Below, piece by piece: positions 8,629 through 18,331 of a DNA stretch of 31,034 nt. Both the position numbers and the translations under genes were made by a program. The stretch is from Candidatus Thorarchaeota archaeon (lineage in GTDB: Archaea > Asgardarchaeota > Thorarchaeia > Thorarchaeales > Thorarchaeaceae): NCBI GenBank assembly GCA_048882385.1, contig JBHLRQ010000031.1:1-31034 (forward strand). The letters run 5' to 3'. Under the pieces are notes generated by a model that saw only the letters and a list, made by a program, of their open reading frames with translations, was not told where the DNA came from and did not search any database. The number at the start of each line of letters is the position of its first letter. Positions within the stretch are counted from its first letter, which is position 1.

Positions 8629-9144
8629 TTATTCATTCTGCCACACATATGTAAAATCGCAGCAATCATCACCATTCATCAATGTCTTCTCTCGAATTAA
8701 TTTGATATTAGGATGATAGATGCTTGCAGATACAAAATCGATATCACACATTGTAAGCAAACCCAGATCAGCCGCATCAAGTTCTCTCATCGCCTTTGCC
8801 CAAATACACTCAGTTACTTTGTAGGTGACTCTGTCTGATTTACTATCTAATGTTTCACAGGTATGTGTCTTAGAAACTTGTTCAGAAGCCCACATTTCAT
8901 CCATATGCTTCTTGAAATCTTTAAAATCTTGAATTTCTATCCCAGAGGTTTCTAAGAGATTTCGGATAGATTCAGATGTTTGTCTCGTAGCTAAATCTTT
9001 GAGTATGAAATGTGTTTTTTCCTTTCCAAGGACTCTCTCAAGTTCCCGTTGTAACGCAACTTCGCCTGACAGGGAGTTTTGGATATATCTTCCGAATGAG
9101 ATGTCAATTTTCTCATCAAATTTGTGAGTCTTAGGTTTCGTCAT
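8629..9144 (-). CDS. L-2-amino-thiazoline-4-carboxylic acid hydrolase (ATC_hydrolase) family protein
   Basis: VTECIWA...LGLLTMCDIDF...LIREKTLMNGDDCCDF C-terminal signature. Confidence 0.85.
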   Translation of the reverse strand: MTKPKTHKFDEKIDISFGRYIQNSLSGEVALQRELERVLGKEKTHFILKDLATRQTSESIRNLLETSGIEIQDFKDFKKHMDEMWASEQVSKTHTCETLDSKSDRVTYKVTECIWAKAMRELDAADLGLLTMCDIDFVSASIYHPNIKLIREKTLMNGDDCCDFTYVWQNE

Positions 9145-9271
9145 TGGATTTCAATCCGTTTCAGATATGAAGCCGAAGGTAGATACAGATTATATTAGAA
9201 ACTCTTTCTAAGCATTTTTTCACAAAATGGACGATGAAATCATTGCAGTCATCATCCTCATGAAAGAGTAC

Positions 9272-9751
9272 TTAGAAATCCAAATGAATCGTTTCCCAGC
9301 GAACTCTCCCCTCTTCGACAGCATCTTTGATTTTGCGTTCGGTACGATTTAGTTTTGCATTTCCTGTCTTGATATCAGCGAGAACAACAGTGATGGGCTC
9401 ATCTGATCTGTCATCTTTGGCAGCAGTGTATCCATCGAAAATAACGTAATCAATTGGTGCTCCAATGAAACGGGCATCCGAAGGATCGTGCTGGAAGATA
9501 TCCCTATACATTGGCACCATATGTTCTGCAATCTTTCCTTTCAGTACAAATCGACTTCTATCAGCTGCATCCTTTCGAACAGCAGATTCTTGCTCTGCCC
9601 ACGTCTTTTCAAACTCCTTTGTTACGATAGCGATACGATGACGAAGCTGCATTTTCATAATTAAGTAAACAAGTAATGCTAGAACAAGACCAATTGCTAA
9701 TCCAATTAGAGTGTCTTCGAAAGCCATATCATTTAGTGTTATCGACTCCAT
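9272..9751 (-). CDS. Membrane-anchored Holliday-junction-resolvase-like PD-(D/E)xK endonuclease (COG4741-like)
   Basis: N-terminal TM, coiled segment, SRFVLKGKIAEH, DARFIGAPIDYVIFDG, ADIKTG, IKDAVEEGRVRW. Confidence 0.85.
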   Translation of the reverse strand: MESITLNDMAFEDTLIGLAIGLVLALLVYLIMKMQLRHRIAIVTKEFEKTWAEQESAVRKDAADRSRFVLKGKIAEHMVPMYRDIFQHDPSDARFIGAPIDYVIFDGYTAAKDDRSDEPITVVLADIKTGNAKLNRTERKIKDAVEEGRVRWETIHLDF

Positions 9752-10010
9752 ATATTCTCGGGTAATTGTAGGGTATTAGCTGGAGAATATGTTGAAAATA
9801 GCGAATGACAATCATTTTACGATGGTTGTTACTATAACGATGGAATTGATTGGCTGAAATATCATACTAAGCTTGTAATCATTGGTGTTTTTTCCATGAA
9901 GATACAACCATCACTTTTCGGCTTCTAAGTTCATAGACTCAATTTCACAACAAAACGCGGATGCTGACCCTTAAGAGGGGATTTCGCAAAATGATGGGTG
10001 GCGGTTCAAG

Positions 10011-11057
10011 ATGTCTGAGGAAACATTGAATCTTCTAAAGATCCTATCTGCAACACCCGGTCCTGTGGGAAGAGAAGGAATGATTCAAGATGTTGTCAAA
10101 GAGCATTTCAAGAAACATTGTGGAAACTTTACTCAGGACAGAATTGGCAATGTCATAACCACCCTAGAAGGAGATATGGGCAAGCGTTATGCACTTGTGG
10201 CTCATGCTGATGAGGTTGGATTTCTGATAAGTAATATAGATGAAAGAGGATTCATACGAGTAAAATGGAATACCCAAGGTCATATGCCAGATCTCAGATT
10301 GTTACCTGGGCAATGGGTCCTGATTATGACCGAGTCTGGAATGATTCCGGGAGTCTTTTGTGTGAAGACTGCACATATCGCAGGAGCCGAGGGAAAGAAT
10401 CGCATTCCAACTTATGAAGAGATATTCCTCGACATCGGAGCGAAGACGCTTGATGAAGTGAATGAACAAGGCATAAACATAGGTGATCCTGTCATCTATG
10501 CAGCTCCTGTAGAGAAGTTGATGAATGACAATGTAGCTGGCAAGTCAATGGATGACAGAGTTGGTTTAACTGTCCTGCTTCGTGTACTCGAGCAGGTTTC
10601 AAAGATTGCAAAATCCAAACGTCCAACAATAACTTTCGTGTCAACGGTGATGGAGGAACTGGGAGCAAAAGGAGCCGCTGTGGTGGCAAAAGATCTCAAT
10701 GTTGATGAGATCATTATATTGGATATCGGTCTTGCTGATGACTATCCAGGCACAAAAGGAGAAGCAGGTGTAGCATTGGGCAAAGGTCCAGTTGTCGTGA
10801 TTAAAGATAACGCATTGCATTATTCTCACGAATTTGTGCAGCGTATAATCAAGACTGCTGAAAAGGAAAAGATTCCAATTCAACGTGCGGTCTTTCACTC
10901 ATACATGACTGATGGTGTGCAGTTTGCCTCTCAGGGCCAAGTGGTTGCGGTCCTCGCTGTACCATGTAGATATTCTCACTCAAGTTTTGAAACTGTAAAC
11001 CTCTTGGATATGGATATGACAATACATCTTGTCATGAAACTGTTATCGTCAAGTTAG
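10011..11057 (+). CDS. M42 family metallo-aminopeptidase (TET-like)
   Basis: AHADEVG, IFLDIGA, GKSMDDRVG, MEELG, ILDIG, TDG, RYSHS metal-ligand motifs. Confidence 0.92.
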   Translation: MSEETLNLLKILSATPGPVGREGMIQDVVKEHFKKHCGNFTQDRIGNVITTLEGDMGKRYALVAHADEVGFLISNIDERGFIRVKWNTQGHMPDLRLLPGQWVLIMTESGMIPGVFCVKTAHIAGAEGKNRIPTYEEIFLDIGAKTLDEVNEQGINIGDPVIYAAPVEKLMNDNVAGKSMDDRVGLTVLLRVLEQVSKIAKSKRPTITFVSTVMEELGAKGAAVVAKDLNVDEIIILDIGLADDYPGTKGEAGVALGKGPVVVIKDNALHYSHEFVQRIIKTAEKEKIPIQRAVFHSYMTDGVQFASQGQVVAVLAVPCRYSHSSFETVNLLDMDMTIHLVMKLLSSS

Positions 11058-11060
11058 TTG

Positions 11061-11237
11061 TCATAATTTGACATTCAGACCTACAATAAACCAGATTCGT
11101 GCTAAGATTGGCGTCATTAGTATGACTGATAGTATTTTCATTGCTAGGAGTAGCAGCATTACAAAACCTATAGCAACCAAGACTGAAATCTGTTCAACAA
11201 TGAGACCAATTACGACCAGTAAACATTCTGTGAATGC
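11061..11237 (-). pseudogene. Possible remnant of a membrane-protein gene
   Basis: 58-codon very hydrophobic open frame (AFTECLLVVIGLIVEQ...IVGLNVKL*) preceded by an in-frame TAG, with no clear start. Confidence 0.25.
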
Positions 11238-11276
11238 CTATATCTTATAGAAGAGTAGTCAGATGTAACATTTCAA

Positions 11277-11675
11277 CTATTGATTACTTACTCCATATGG
11301 CTCTACTCGTACTCTCATACTTTCACGAGAAACAATGACAACTTCGGTTCCGGAATCAATCTCGCCCACATCACACCTGGCTTCCCAAATCTCAGCCCCA
11401 ACTTTGATTTTGCCAGAAACGGGTGTGACTTTATCTATGACCTTACCACGCATTCCTTTCAATTCATAGAACTGTTGAGAACTTTCGAGGAGTGATGGAT
11501 AGATTAGATAGTATTTCCCAGCAACGAAGATTGCGGCACCTACAATCAATAGCACTGTGATAGGTAAAAGCCACTCTGGTTTTAGGTAATATACGATAGC
11601 AATGGCAATAGGAACTAGAATAAGCTCATCTACTGTTATTGCAATGAATTTAGCTCTTGGGGAGAAATCTACCAA
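11277..11675 (-). CDS. nfeD: Short NfeD-family protein (TM plus OB-fold)
   Basis: Two TM helices then LKGMRGKV...GKIKVGAEIWEAR...IDSGTEVVIV...VRVEP. Confidence 0.85.
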   Translation of the reverse strand: MVDFSPRAKFIAITVDELILVPIAIAIVYYLKPEWLLPITVLLIVGAAIFVAGKYYLIYPSLLESSQQFYELKGMRGKVIDKVTPVSGKIKVGAEIWEARCDVGEIDSGTEVVIVSRESMRVRVEPYGVSNQ

Positions 11676-11788
11676 TTTTCACATCCAACCATCATTTGTG
11701 CTTCATTTGGTGTGGGAGGAAAAAAAGGTTTGCAACTACTGAGCTAATTCAAAATTGTGCAGATAGTACTATTGAAAAGGAAGACTAA

Positions 11789-12931
11789 GTGCGCCTCGTC
11801 TGTGACCATTTCTTGAAGACTGAAACTATCCAGATCATGGCTGGAGCAGCTACACTCTCCGCATTCACATATGTTCCAATCCTAGCAAGAGTACATCTGG
11901 GCATCTCAGAGATTCTAGTCACAATAATTGTAGGAGGATTTGCTACAGCAAGCTTTCTTTCAGCCTATATCTTTGGCAGAGCAGGAGATGTATATGGTCG
12001 GAGGGTAATCATCAGACTGGGATTGGTCGTAGCCTCCATTTCTTTTGGTCTTCTTCTAGTTTCATCAGATTTTGTAACATTGTTCATTGTGCGATTGATG
12101 AACGGTTTCTGCGTGGGGATGTATCCAGGAGCTCTTGCTGCATTTGCTTTTGAGTCAAAAATGAAGATGGGACGGTTTGCCACATGGGGTGCTGCTGGGT
12201 GGGGATTGGGAACACTGCTAGCAGGTTATGCAGCAGGTTTCAACATCTACTATGCATTCATCATGTCTACAATCTTTTTCGTCATAGCATTTGGTTCATC
12301 TCTAACTCTGCCTCCTTTAGATCAAGCTCCAATGTATGTTCCATGGTTCCCAGTTGAAACATTCAAACGAAACATCTCAGTATATTTGGCAGTCTTGATT
12401 CGACACAGTAGCGCATTTGCAATCTGGACACTATGGCCGTTGTTTCTCTATGACATTGGGGGTGACCCATTCATGATTTCAGTTGTTCAGGCCACCAGTG
12501 CAATTTTCCAAGTTCTGTTCATGGTGACTATAACTGATCGGTTCGAGAGTAGGCGATTGGTATCAATTGGATTAGTCGCATCTGCTATCACATTTGCGTG
12601 GTTTCCATTTGCCACAAACATAATCGAAATTCTTCCATCGCAAATCCTTGTGGGTTTCGCATGGGCAATGCTCTATGTTGGCGCATTGAAGTATGTGACA
12701 GAGAATAACGAGGAACGGTCAACAGCATCAGGACTGCTTCAATCAATGTTTTCACTATCAGGTGTCATAGGGCCCATTATTGCGGCTGTTATCTACACAA
12801 TTTGGCCAGGTTATGCCCCGATCATGTTGTTTGCCTCAGTAATGTCGCTTCTGTCATACGGCCTGTTTTGGGGATATAATAGAAATCATCAGCTTGAGAT
12901 AGTTGAAGGTCCAATCATTGAAACCGCCTAG
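11789..12931 (+). CDS. MFS transporter
   Basis: Motif A GRAGDVYGRR, second copy TDRFESRR, about 12 TM segments. Confidence 0.92.
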   Translation: MRLVCDHFLKTETIQIMAGAATLSAFTYVPILARVHLGISEILVTIIVGGFATASFLSAYIFGRAGDVYGRRVIIRLGLVVASISFGLLLVSSDFVTLFIVRLMNGFCVGMYPGALAAFAFESKMKMGRFATWGAAGWGLGTLLAGYAAGFNIYYAFIMSTIFFVIAFGSSLTLPPLDQAPMYVPWFPVETFKRNISVYLAVLIRHSSAFAIWTLWPLFLYDIGGDPFMISVVQATSAIFQVLFMVTITDRFESRRLVSIGLVASAITFAWFPFATNIIEILPSQILVGFAWAMLYVGALKYVTENNEERSTASGLLQSMFSLSGVIGPIIAAVIYTIWPGYAPIMLFASVMSLLSYGLFWGYNRNHQLEIVEGPIIETA

Positions 12932-14093
12932 CACGACGTGATTTCACCTCTTCGATTTTTTGACCGAAATTCACCTCAGACAGACGGTTAGCTATGACTG
13001 GAGAAATAATCATGACCATGATAGCAAAGACACCAATTACAGCTATGTCTATGAGTAACGTACCATAACTGCCTTCAACGAACATTCTGATCAGTGAGCG
13101 ATATACATTGGACACTGGAAGATACTCGTTTGTTATATCAAATGATGAGCCAACGAGTTCCAGAGGAGCAATCCCACCTCCTACAATCCAGTAGAATATT
13201 GCACCTAGTGCACCTACAGGTACTACAAACACGGAGTTCCTGAAGATTGCCCCAGCAATCAATCCAATACCGGAGCTGAAGAGAGCAAGTAGGAAAGTCA
13301 GTGATACGAATACTAGAATATCTCCATTTGGCCAAACACCAAACAGAACAAAGCTGAGTATGAATAGAAACGGTATTGCAACATGGCTGATAACAACTCC
13401 ACTCAACATCTTCCCCAAATAGATCGCATTCGGTGATTGATTTGATAGTACAAGTTCATCCATGGTTTCTTGCTCAAATTCTTGTGTCATTGCTGAACCT
13501 GCTGCGAATATCGCACCAAACATCACAGAGTAGACAGCAATAGTCCATGCCATGTATGCCAGTCTCGGAGGGGTGAATGGTCGGAGGTTCTCTAACTGGA
13601 AATCGACTAATGAATCATTAAAGAGATATGTCTGATAGAAGATGTCGATCTTACGAATGACAGGCATTCGGAGATTCTTAGTCAGGTCTTCATGAATATT
13701 CGCAACCTGTACATGAATTGAGGTTGTTTCATTATTAGCCACTGCCTCCTCAAACCCGTCAGGTATTGTAATTACGAGAAGTATCTCACCATTCTGAAAA
13801 AGGCTGTTGGCGGTTTCTAAATCCATGATTATCGGATCAAGTCGTGGAGGAATAGGATCGTACTCTCCTAAAATTTCGATGAGTCCTTCTGTATAGAACC
13901 CTGGATTCTGTTCCTCAATGACAACTGCTGTTTCAACGCCACTCCCAAAATAGACACCTCCCATGAGCATACTAAATCCTGCAAAGAACATGAGCGGTAA
14001 GAGAATGACAAGAATGAGCTTCTGGGGACTACGTTTCCAGACTCGAAGCTCCTTGACAAAACTAGCCTTGATGACTCTAAATGACACATTCAT
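12915..14093 (-). CDS. ABC-2 type exporter permease
   Basis: N-terminal TM, extracellular loop with ITIPDGF, EFEQETMDELVLS, GKML, 5 C-terminal TMs. Confidence 0.9.
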   Translation of the reverse strand: MNVSFRVIKASFVKELRVWKRSPQKLILVILLPLMFFAGFSMLMGGVYFGSGVETAVVIEEQNPGFYTEGLIEILGEYDPIPPRLDPIIMDLETANSLFQNGEILLVITIPDGFEEAVANNETTSIHVQVANIHEDLTKNLRMPVIRKIDIFYQTYLFNDSLVDFQLENLRPFTPPRLAYMAWTIAVYSVMFGAIFAAGSAMTQEFEQETMDELVLSNQSPNAIYLGKMLSGVVISHVAIPFLFILSFVLFGVWPNGDILVFVSLTFLLALFSSGIGLIAGAIFRNSVFVVPVGALGAIFYWIVGGGIAPLELVGSSFDITNEYLPVSNVYRSLIRMFVEGSYGTLLIDIAVIGVFAIMVMIISPVIANRLSEVNFGQKIEEVKSRRARRFQ

Positions 14094-15223
14094 GATCTCT
14101 CAACCTCTCTCTTCATGAGCTGTGCTACAACAGCAGTCATCACAATCCAAGTACCCAGTAAATACAGAAAACCTGTCAGTAGACCTAAAGTTGTATCCAA
14201 GAAAAAGACTCGAGCCCATAAGGTGAGTGAGTGCGTAGTAGGAAGAATTCCCACTAGAATTCTGATTGGAGCAGGAGAAAGACCAATGGGAGCCATTCCC
14301 CCACCGAGTATAAAACCAACAACTGTGATGAGCACAGCAGCAAGTAAAGCCTGCTCTCGGTTTCGTATCTTCAGACCAATTAATTCCCCAACTGGAACTA
14401 GTGCTAGAATGGTGAGAAGCAGGATTCCAAATAGGATGATGATGTTTCCAATTGGCACCACTCCCATGCCAATACAAATCACCGGAGCTGAAATCAGGAT
14501 GGCTGAGAATGACCTCGGAATTGCAGCAAGGGTCCTTCCTATAATCAAAGCAAGTCTAGGTGTAGGTGAATTCAGGGTATCTTGGAGGGCATTTGTTTCA
14601 AACTCGGTAGCTGTTAGCATTGCTTGACTAGCAAGGGAACATGCAATGAGAGAGAGCATTATTGCCACGGCGGCCATGTATTTGAGATTCGAAGGAGTTT
14701 CGATAAGGCTGAAGGACTCCTCAATTGAGATACGAGCATCTGATTGATCAAACTCTGGGGAAACAGCACCTTGGTTGAAAAGAAGAACTGCTGCTTCCAG
14801 TCGATGTACATAGTTCTTTACGATATCATCATTAGCATTGTTGATAAACATCAGAACGGACGTGTTTTGTCCAGACGTCACATTGTTTCCAAAACCTTCT
14901 GGTATCAGGATGTAGGCAATGAGTGAGGTGCTCTGGTATAATTCATCTGCAGTCTGTAAGTCATATCTTTCAATACTGAACCAAGTATGATTGGTAGTAG
15001 ACACCATGTTTTCAATGATATCAGCCATATCATTTGCTTGAGGAGAGAGGTCTTCTACAACAAGACCACAGGCAAAAGACTCTCCACCTCCAACTGAGGT
15101 CCACATAATCGTATAGACTAACAAGAAGACAAATGGGATGATTAGACTGGGTCCAAGGAATTTGGGATCGCGCTTTGCTTGTTTCAAATCCTTCTTCACA
15201 ATTGCTATGATCTCGCGAATCAA
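14090..15223 (-). CDS. ABC-2 type exporter permease
   Basis: Same architecture (ILIPEGF, EFETNAL, GR, LPTTH); 4-nt overlap with the next gene. Confidence 0.9.
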   Translation of the reverse strand: MIREIIAIVKKDLKQAKRDPKFLGPSLIIPFVFLLVYTIMWTSVGGGESFACGLVVEDLSPQANDMADIIENMVSTTNHTWFSIERYDLQTADELYQSTSLIAYILIPEGFGNNVTSGQNTSVLMFINNANDDIVKNYVHRLEAAVLLFNQGAVSPEFDQSDARISIEESFSLIETPSNLKYMAAVAIMLSLIACSLASQAMLTATEFETNALQDTLNSPTPRLALIIGRTLAAIPRSFSAILISAPVICIGMGVVPIGNIIILFGILLLTILALVPVGELIGLKIRNREQALLAAVLITVVGFILGGGMAPIGLSPAPIRILVGILPTTHSLTLWARVFFLDTTLGLLTGFLYLLGTWIVMTAVVAQLMKREVERS

Positions 15224-15224
15224 C

Positions 15225-16196
15225 TCAATCCCTCAGTCTTGAACCAGTAATAGCAAGAAATACATCCCCAAGCGAAGGTTCTCTCATTGAAGCTTGTTTG
15301 ACAGATAGTCCACTCTCTGATAGTCTACTAAGTACTATGGGCAAGTCAGAGTGACCAGATTGACTTCGAATCCAAGCAGTTCTTGGTCCGCCATTGAGTG
15401 GTTCAGAAACCTTCTCTACTTCAAATCCAACTTTCTCTTTCAACCATTCAGAGCCCTGGGAGCTATCCATGCCTTCAAGAAGAACCTCAATAAGAAAGTC
15501 CCCAACATACTGACGCTTAAGGTCACTAGGCTTTCCGTTAGCCACAAGCTGACCATTATCAATAACGACCACGCGGTCAGCAAGAGCTTCAGCCTCATCC
15601 ATATAGTTTGTGCAGAATATGATTGTACGTCCTTCATCTTTCATCTTGCGGACCTGATTCCATATCAGATTGCGACTCTGAACATCGACTCCCAGTGACA
15701 TCTCATCCAGAATAAGAAGTTCAGAATCATGGAGGATGGATCTCACAAGTGCAAGTCGTCGTTTCATTCCTCCAGAGTATGTCCTCACGAGATCGTCCTT
15801 TCGATGGGTCAGTCCAGACAACTCAAGCATCTTGGTTATGCGTTCTTGAACATCGCCTTTTGGAACACCATACAGCTCAGCATGATATTCAAGAGCCTCA
15901 TAGGCTGTCAGGTCCTGATAAAGTGCGGTTTCTTGCGGCATGAATCCGATGAGCTTTCGGATCGCATCAAGATTTTCTGAAACCTCGTTTCCAGCAACTT
16001 TCACACTACCGGAAGTTGGTTTCAAAATTCCGGTAATCATTTTCACGGTTGTAGACTTCCCAGCTCCGTTTGGACCAAGAAGAGCCAAAATCTCTCCCTT
16101 TTCGACTGTAAATGAGAGAGAGTCAAGTGCCTTTATGTCGCCGTTATAGATATGCGTCAGTTTTGATATTTCAACTATTGAGGTCAGCTGAATCAC
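15225..16196 (-). CDS. ABC exporter ATP-binding subunit (DrrA-like)
   Basis: Walker A GPNGAGKST, signature YSGGMKRR, Walker B LILDE, C-terminal EPSLGDVF. Confidence 0.95.
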   Translation of the reverse strand: MIQLTSIVEISKLTHIYNGDIKALDSLSFTVEKGEILALLGPNGAGKSTTVKMITGILKPTSGSVKVAGNEVSENLDAIRKLIGFMPQETALYQDLTAYEALEYHAELYGVPKGDVQERITKMLELSGLTHRKDDLVRTYSGGMKRRLALVRSILHDSELLILDEMSLGVDVQSRNLIWNQVRKMKDEGRTIIFCTNYMDEAEALADRVVVIDNGQLVANGKPSDLKRQYVGDFLIEVLLEGMDSSQGSEWLKEKVGFEVEKVSEPLNGGPRTAWIRSQSGHSDLPIVLSRLSESGLSVKQASMREPSLGDVFLAITGSRLRD

Positions 16197-16234
16197 CTAC
16201 CTATAGAAAGAAGCTCTGAAACATATTATACTGG

Positions 16235-16253
16235 TGTCACGAAAGGAGTAACA
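16235..16253 (-). promoter_or_regulatory. Operator copy 1, upstream of the ABC operon TATA box
   Basis: Minus strand TGTTACTCCTTTCGTGACA, 4 nt before TATAATAT. Confidence 0.6.
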
Positions 16254-16267
16254 TAGTAGAGTTCATT

Positions 16268-16570
16268 ATGAGGTGCATCATAGTTTCTGACACAATGACG
16301 CTTGAATTTCTTGTAGAACCCGAGGTCAGAGAGGTGCTGTTCCAACTAGTTTGGGGAGACAGGTTTGAGAAGGATATAATGTCCAATATGACATCTGACG
16401 AGAGTTTTGAGAGGATACGTGACAGGCTTGTTGATGAGGACTTGGTCTATAAGCTTAGAGGAGAGAATGACAGCCCCTATCTATCTCTTACCGACAAGGG
16501 CGTTGCGATTGTCAATCGGCTCTATGAAATTGAGAGAATAATCGAGGGAGAAGATGTAGATAGCGAATGA
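16268..16570 (+). CDS. Small winged-helix protein
   Basis: LVDEDLVYK...YLSLTDKG wing motif; the start may be the ATG at 16295. Confidence 0.7.
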   Translation: MRCIIVSDTMTLEFLVEPEVREVLFQLVWGDRFEKDIMSNMTSDESFERIRDRLVDEDLVYKLRGENDSPYLSLTDKGVAIVNRLYEIERIIEGEDVDSE

Positions 16571-16576
16571 TAGATC

Positions 16577-16595
16577 TGTCACTCCTAAAGTGACA
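16577..16595 (+). promoter_or_regulatory. Operator copy 2, upstream of the trmB TATA box
   Basis: TGTCACTCCTAAAGTGACA, 5 nt before TTTAATAT. Confidence 0.6.
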
Positions 16596-16627
16596 AGAGG
16601 TTTAATATTCTGTGAACCCTGATATCA

Positions 16628-17473
16628 TTGGGTGGTTATTTGGTCCAAGAAACCATTGTTGATGACCTAACGAGTCTTGGCTTAACTAAGAATGAAGCAA
16701 AGGCGTACCACGCATTAGTCAAATCGGGCAGAGCCACAGCAAGGGAAATAGCTGAGGAATCTGGAATTCCGCGAAGTAAGGTCTATGAAACCTTGGATCT
16801 GCTTGATAAGAGAGGGATCATCAAGAAAGTTACTGGTAGCGATCCCACGGAGTTTGATCCTGCTCCTGTCGATGCGGCTTTGGACCATCTAGAAGAGAAG
16901 GTCAAAAGATCTGCTTCAAGTGCTCGTAAAGTCCTAAAGGGACTCCAAGTCTTGAGGGACACAGAGTCCAAAGAATTTGCTTGGGCAGTTCAAGGGATGG
17001 AACAAGTAATTGTGGGAATGAGGACGGCCATTGAAGAGGCGCAGGAATATGTGTACATTGCTTCTGCATCGCCTGAGCTATTAGGTAGACTCAGAGGTGC
17101 ATTCAGCTCTGCCAAAAGTCGAGATGTAAGAATCGAAGTATATACTACGACTCCCGGAGCTAGAGAAATTGAGGGGCTAGATCATTACTTAACTGTAAAG
17201 ATAGCGATGCCAAGCAAGGAGATTCTCATAGAGAGTTTCAAAGAGATTTTCCAATCACCCAACTTCCCATCTGACGAATTGGAACCAACACGCATGCTGA
17301 TAATGAACATTGATGGGAGGGAGAGCATCGGTGTGTTTCTTCCTCCTGATGATTCATCCCAACCATGGGCTCTGCACATCAGAAGTCGACTGGTTGTCAT
17401 GATTCAATGGCATGTAGTCAAGACAGTCTTATCGGGTGTAGAGGCAATGATCCAAGGAGTCTTATTCGGATGA
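16628..17473 (+). CDS. trmB: TrmB family transcriptional regulator
   Basis: LGLTKNEAKAY...TAREIAEESGIPRSKVYETL...GII HTH followed by an effector domain; the start may be the TTG at 16640. Confidence 0.9.
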   Translation: MGGYLVQETIVDDLTSLGLTKNEAKAYHALVKSGRATAREIAEESGIPRSKVYETLDLLDKRGIIKKVTGSDPTEFDPAPVDAALDHLEEKVKRSASSARKVLKGLQVLRDTESKEFAWAVQGMEQVIVGMRTAIEEAQEYVYIASASPELLGRLRGAFSSAKSRDVRIEVYTTTPGAREIEGLDHYLTVKIAMPSKEILIESFKEIFQSPNFPSDELEPTRMLIMNIDGRESIGVFLPPDDSSQPWALHIRSRLVVMIQWHVVKTVLSGVEAMIQGVLFG

Positions 17474-17528
17474 TATAAAAATACGAGAGTCTTAGGACAA
17501 CCTATCCTACAACATTGGAGTAACGACT

Positions 17529-18320
17529 ATGAATGAAGCTCATCTCAAGTTCCTGAAATGTCCCAAATGTGGAAAAAAACTGCAAGGGAATGAAGACATC
17601 ACTGATGGTGAGATTGTATGTAACAAAGGTCATGTTTGGAAAGTCACAGGGGGGATTCCATCTCTCGTACACCCACCAATTAGTGAGAAGGATGCCAAAT
17701 GGATTGCAGACTATGACCAGATGGCAGAGAACTATGATGAGCTAGTCAAACAATACGATGATTGGTTGGGTATCGATATGATGAAGGAACGAGAGAACTT
17801 CATTACATTCGTACCAATTGAAGGTCCAGTTTCGATAATTGATGTCAGTATAGGAACAGGAGCCAACTTTATAGCTCTCTTCAATAAGTTCAAGGATCAG
17901 ATTAGAAGATTTGACCTACACGGGATGGATTTGTCTACTGGTATGCTAGATGTTTCACGGAGGAAATTCAAAGAGAACGGTCTCACTGTAGGTCTTACTC
18001 ACGGTAGTGTTTTCAATATCCCATTTCAGAATAACCTATTCGACATGGTCTTGCATTCTGGGGGGATAAATACGTTCTCAGATATTCCCGGAGCACTCAA
18101 TGAGATGTTAAGAATAGCAAAACCCGGAGGAATCATCATCGTTATCGATGAGGGGCTTTCACCAAAGAAAAGAGATACAGAAGAGGGAAGTGCTATCATA
18201 AAGGCAAACACTCTATTTGCAGCAAAACCACCCCTTGAGCATATTCCTGAAAAAGCAAATGATGTAGAAGTCACATACGTCATGAATGAAACCTTCTATC
18301 AAGTTGTCTTCAGAAAATAG
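17529..18320 (+). CDS. Class I SAM methyltransferase with an N-terminal Trm112-like zinc ribbon
   Basis: LKCPKC...CNKGHVW...GIPSL N-terminus; IIDVSIGTG, GMDLS, EMLRIAKPGG. Confidence 0.85.
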   Translation: MNEAHLKFLKCPKCGKKLQGNEDITDGEIVCNKGHVWKVTGGIPSLVHPPISEKDAKWIADYDQMAENYDELVKQYDDWLGIDMMKERENFITFVPIEGPVSIIDVSIGTGANFIALFNKFKDQIRRFDLHGMDLSTGMLDVSRRKFKENGLTVGLTHGSVFNIPFQNNLFDMVLHSGGINTFSDIPGALNEMLRIAKPGGIIIVIDEGLSPKKRDTEEGSAIIKANTLFAAKPPLEHIPEKANDVEVTYVMNETFYQVVFRK

Positions 18321-18331
18321 ATGCTTCAATT

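Noticed and set aside
12915-12931. Convergent 3' overlaps (MFS/ABC permease, and OPT/DHH at 23983-23990)
   Set aside because: Short tail-to-tail overlaps are common in compact archaeal genomes.
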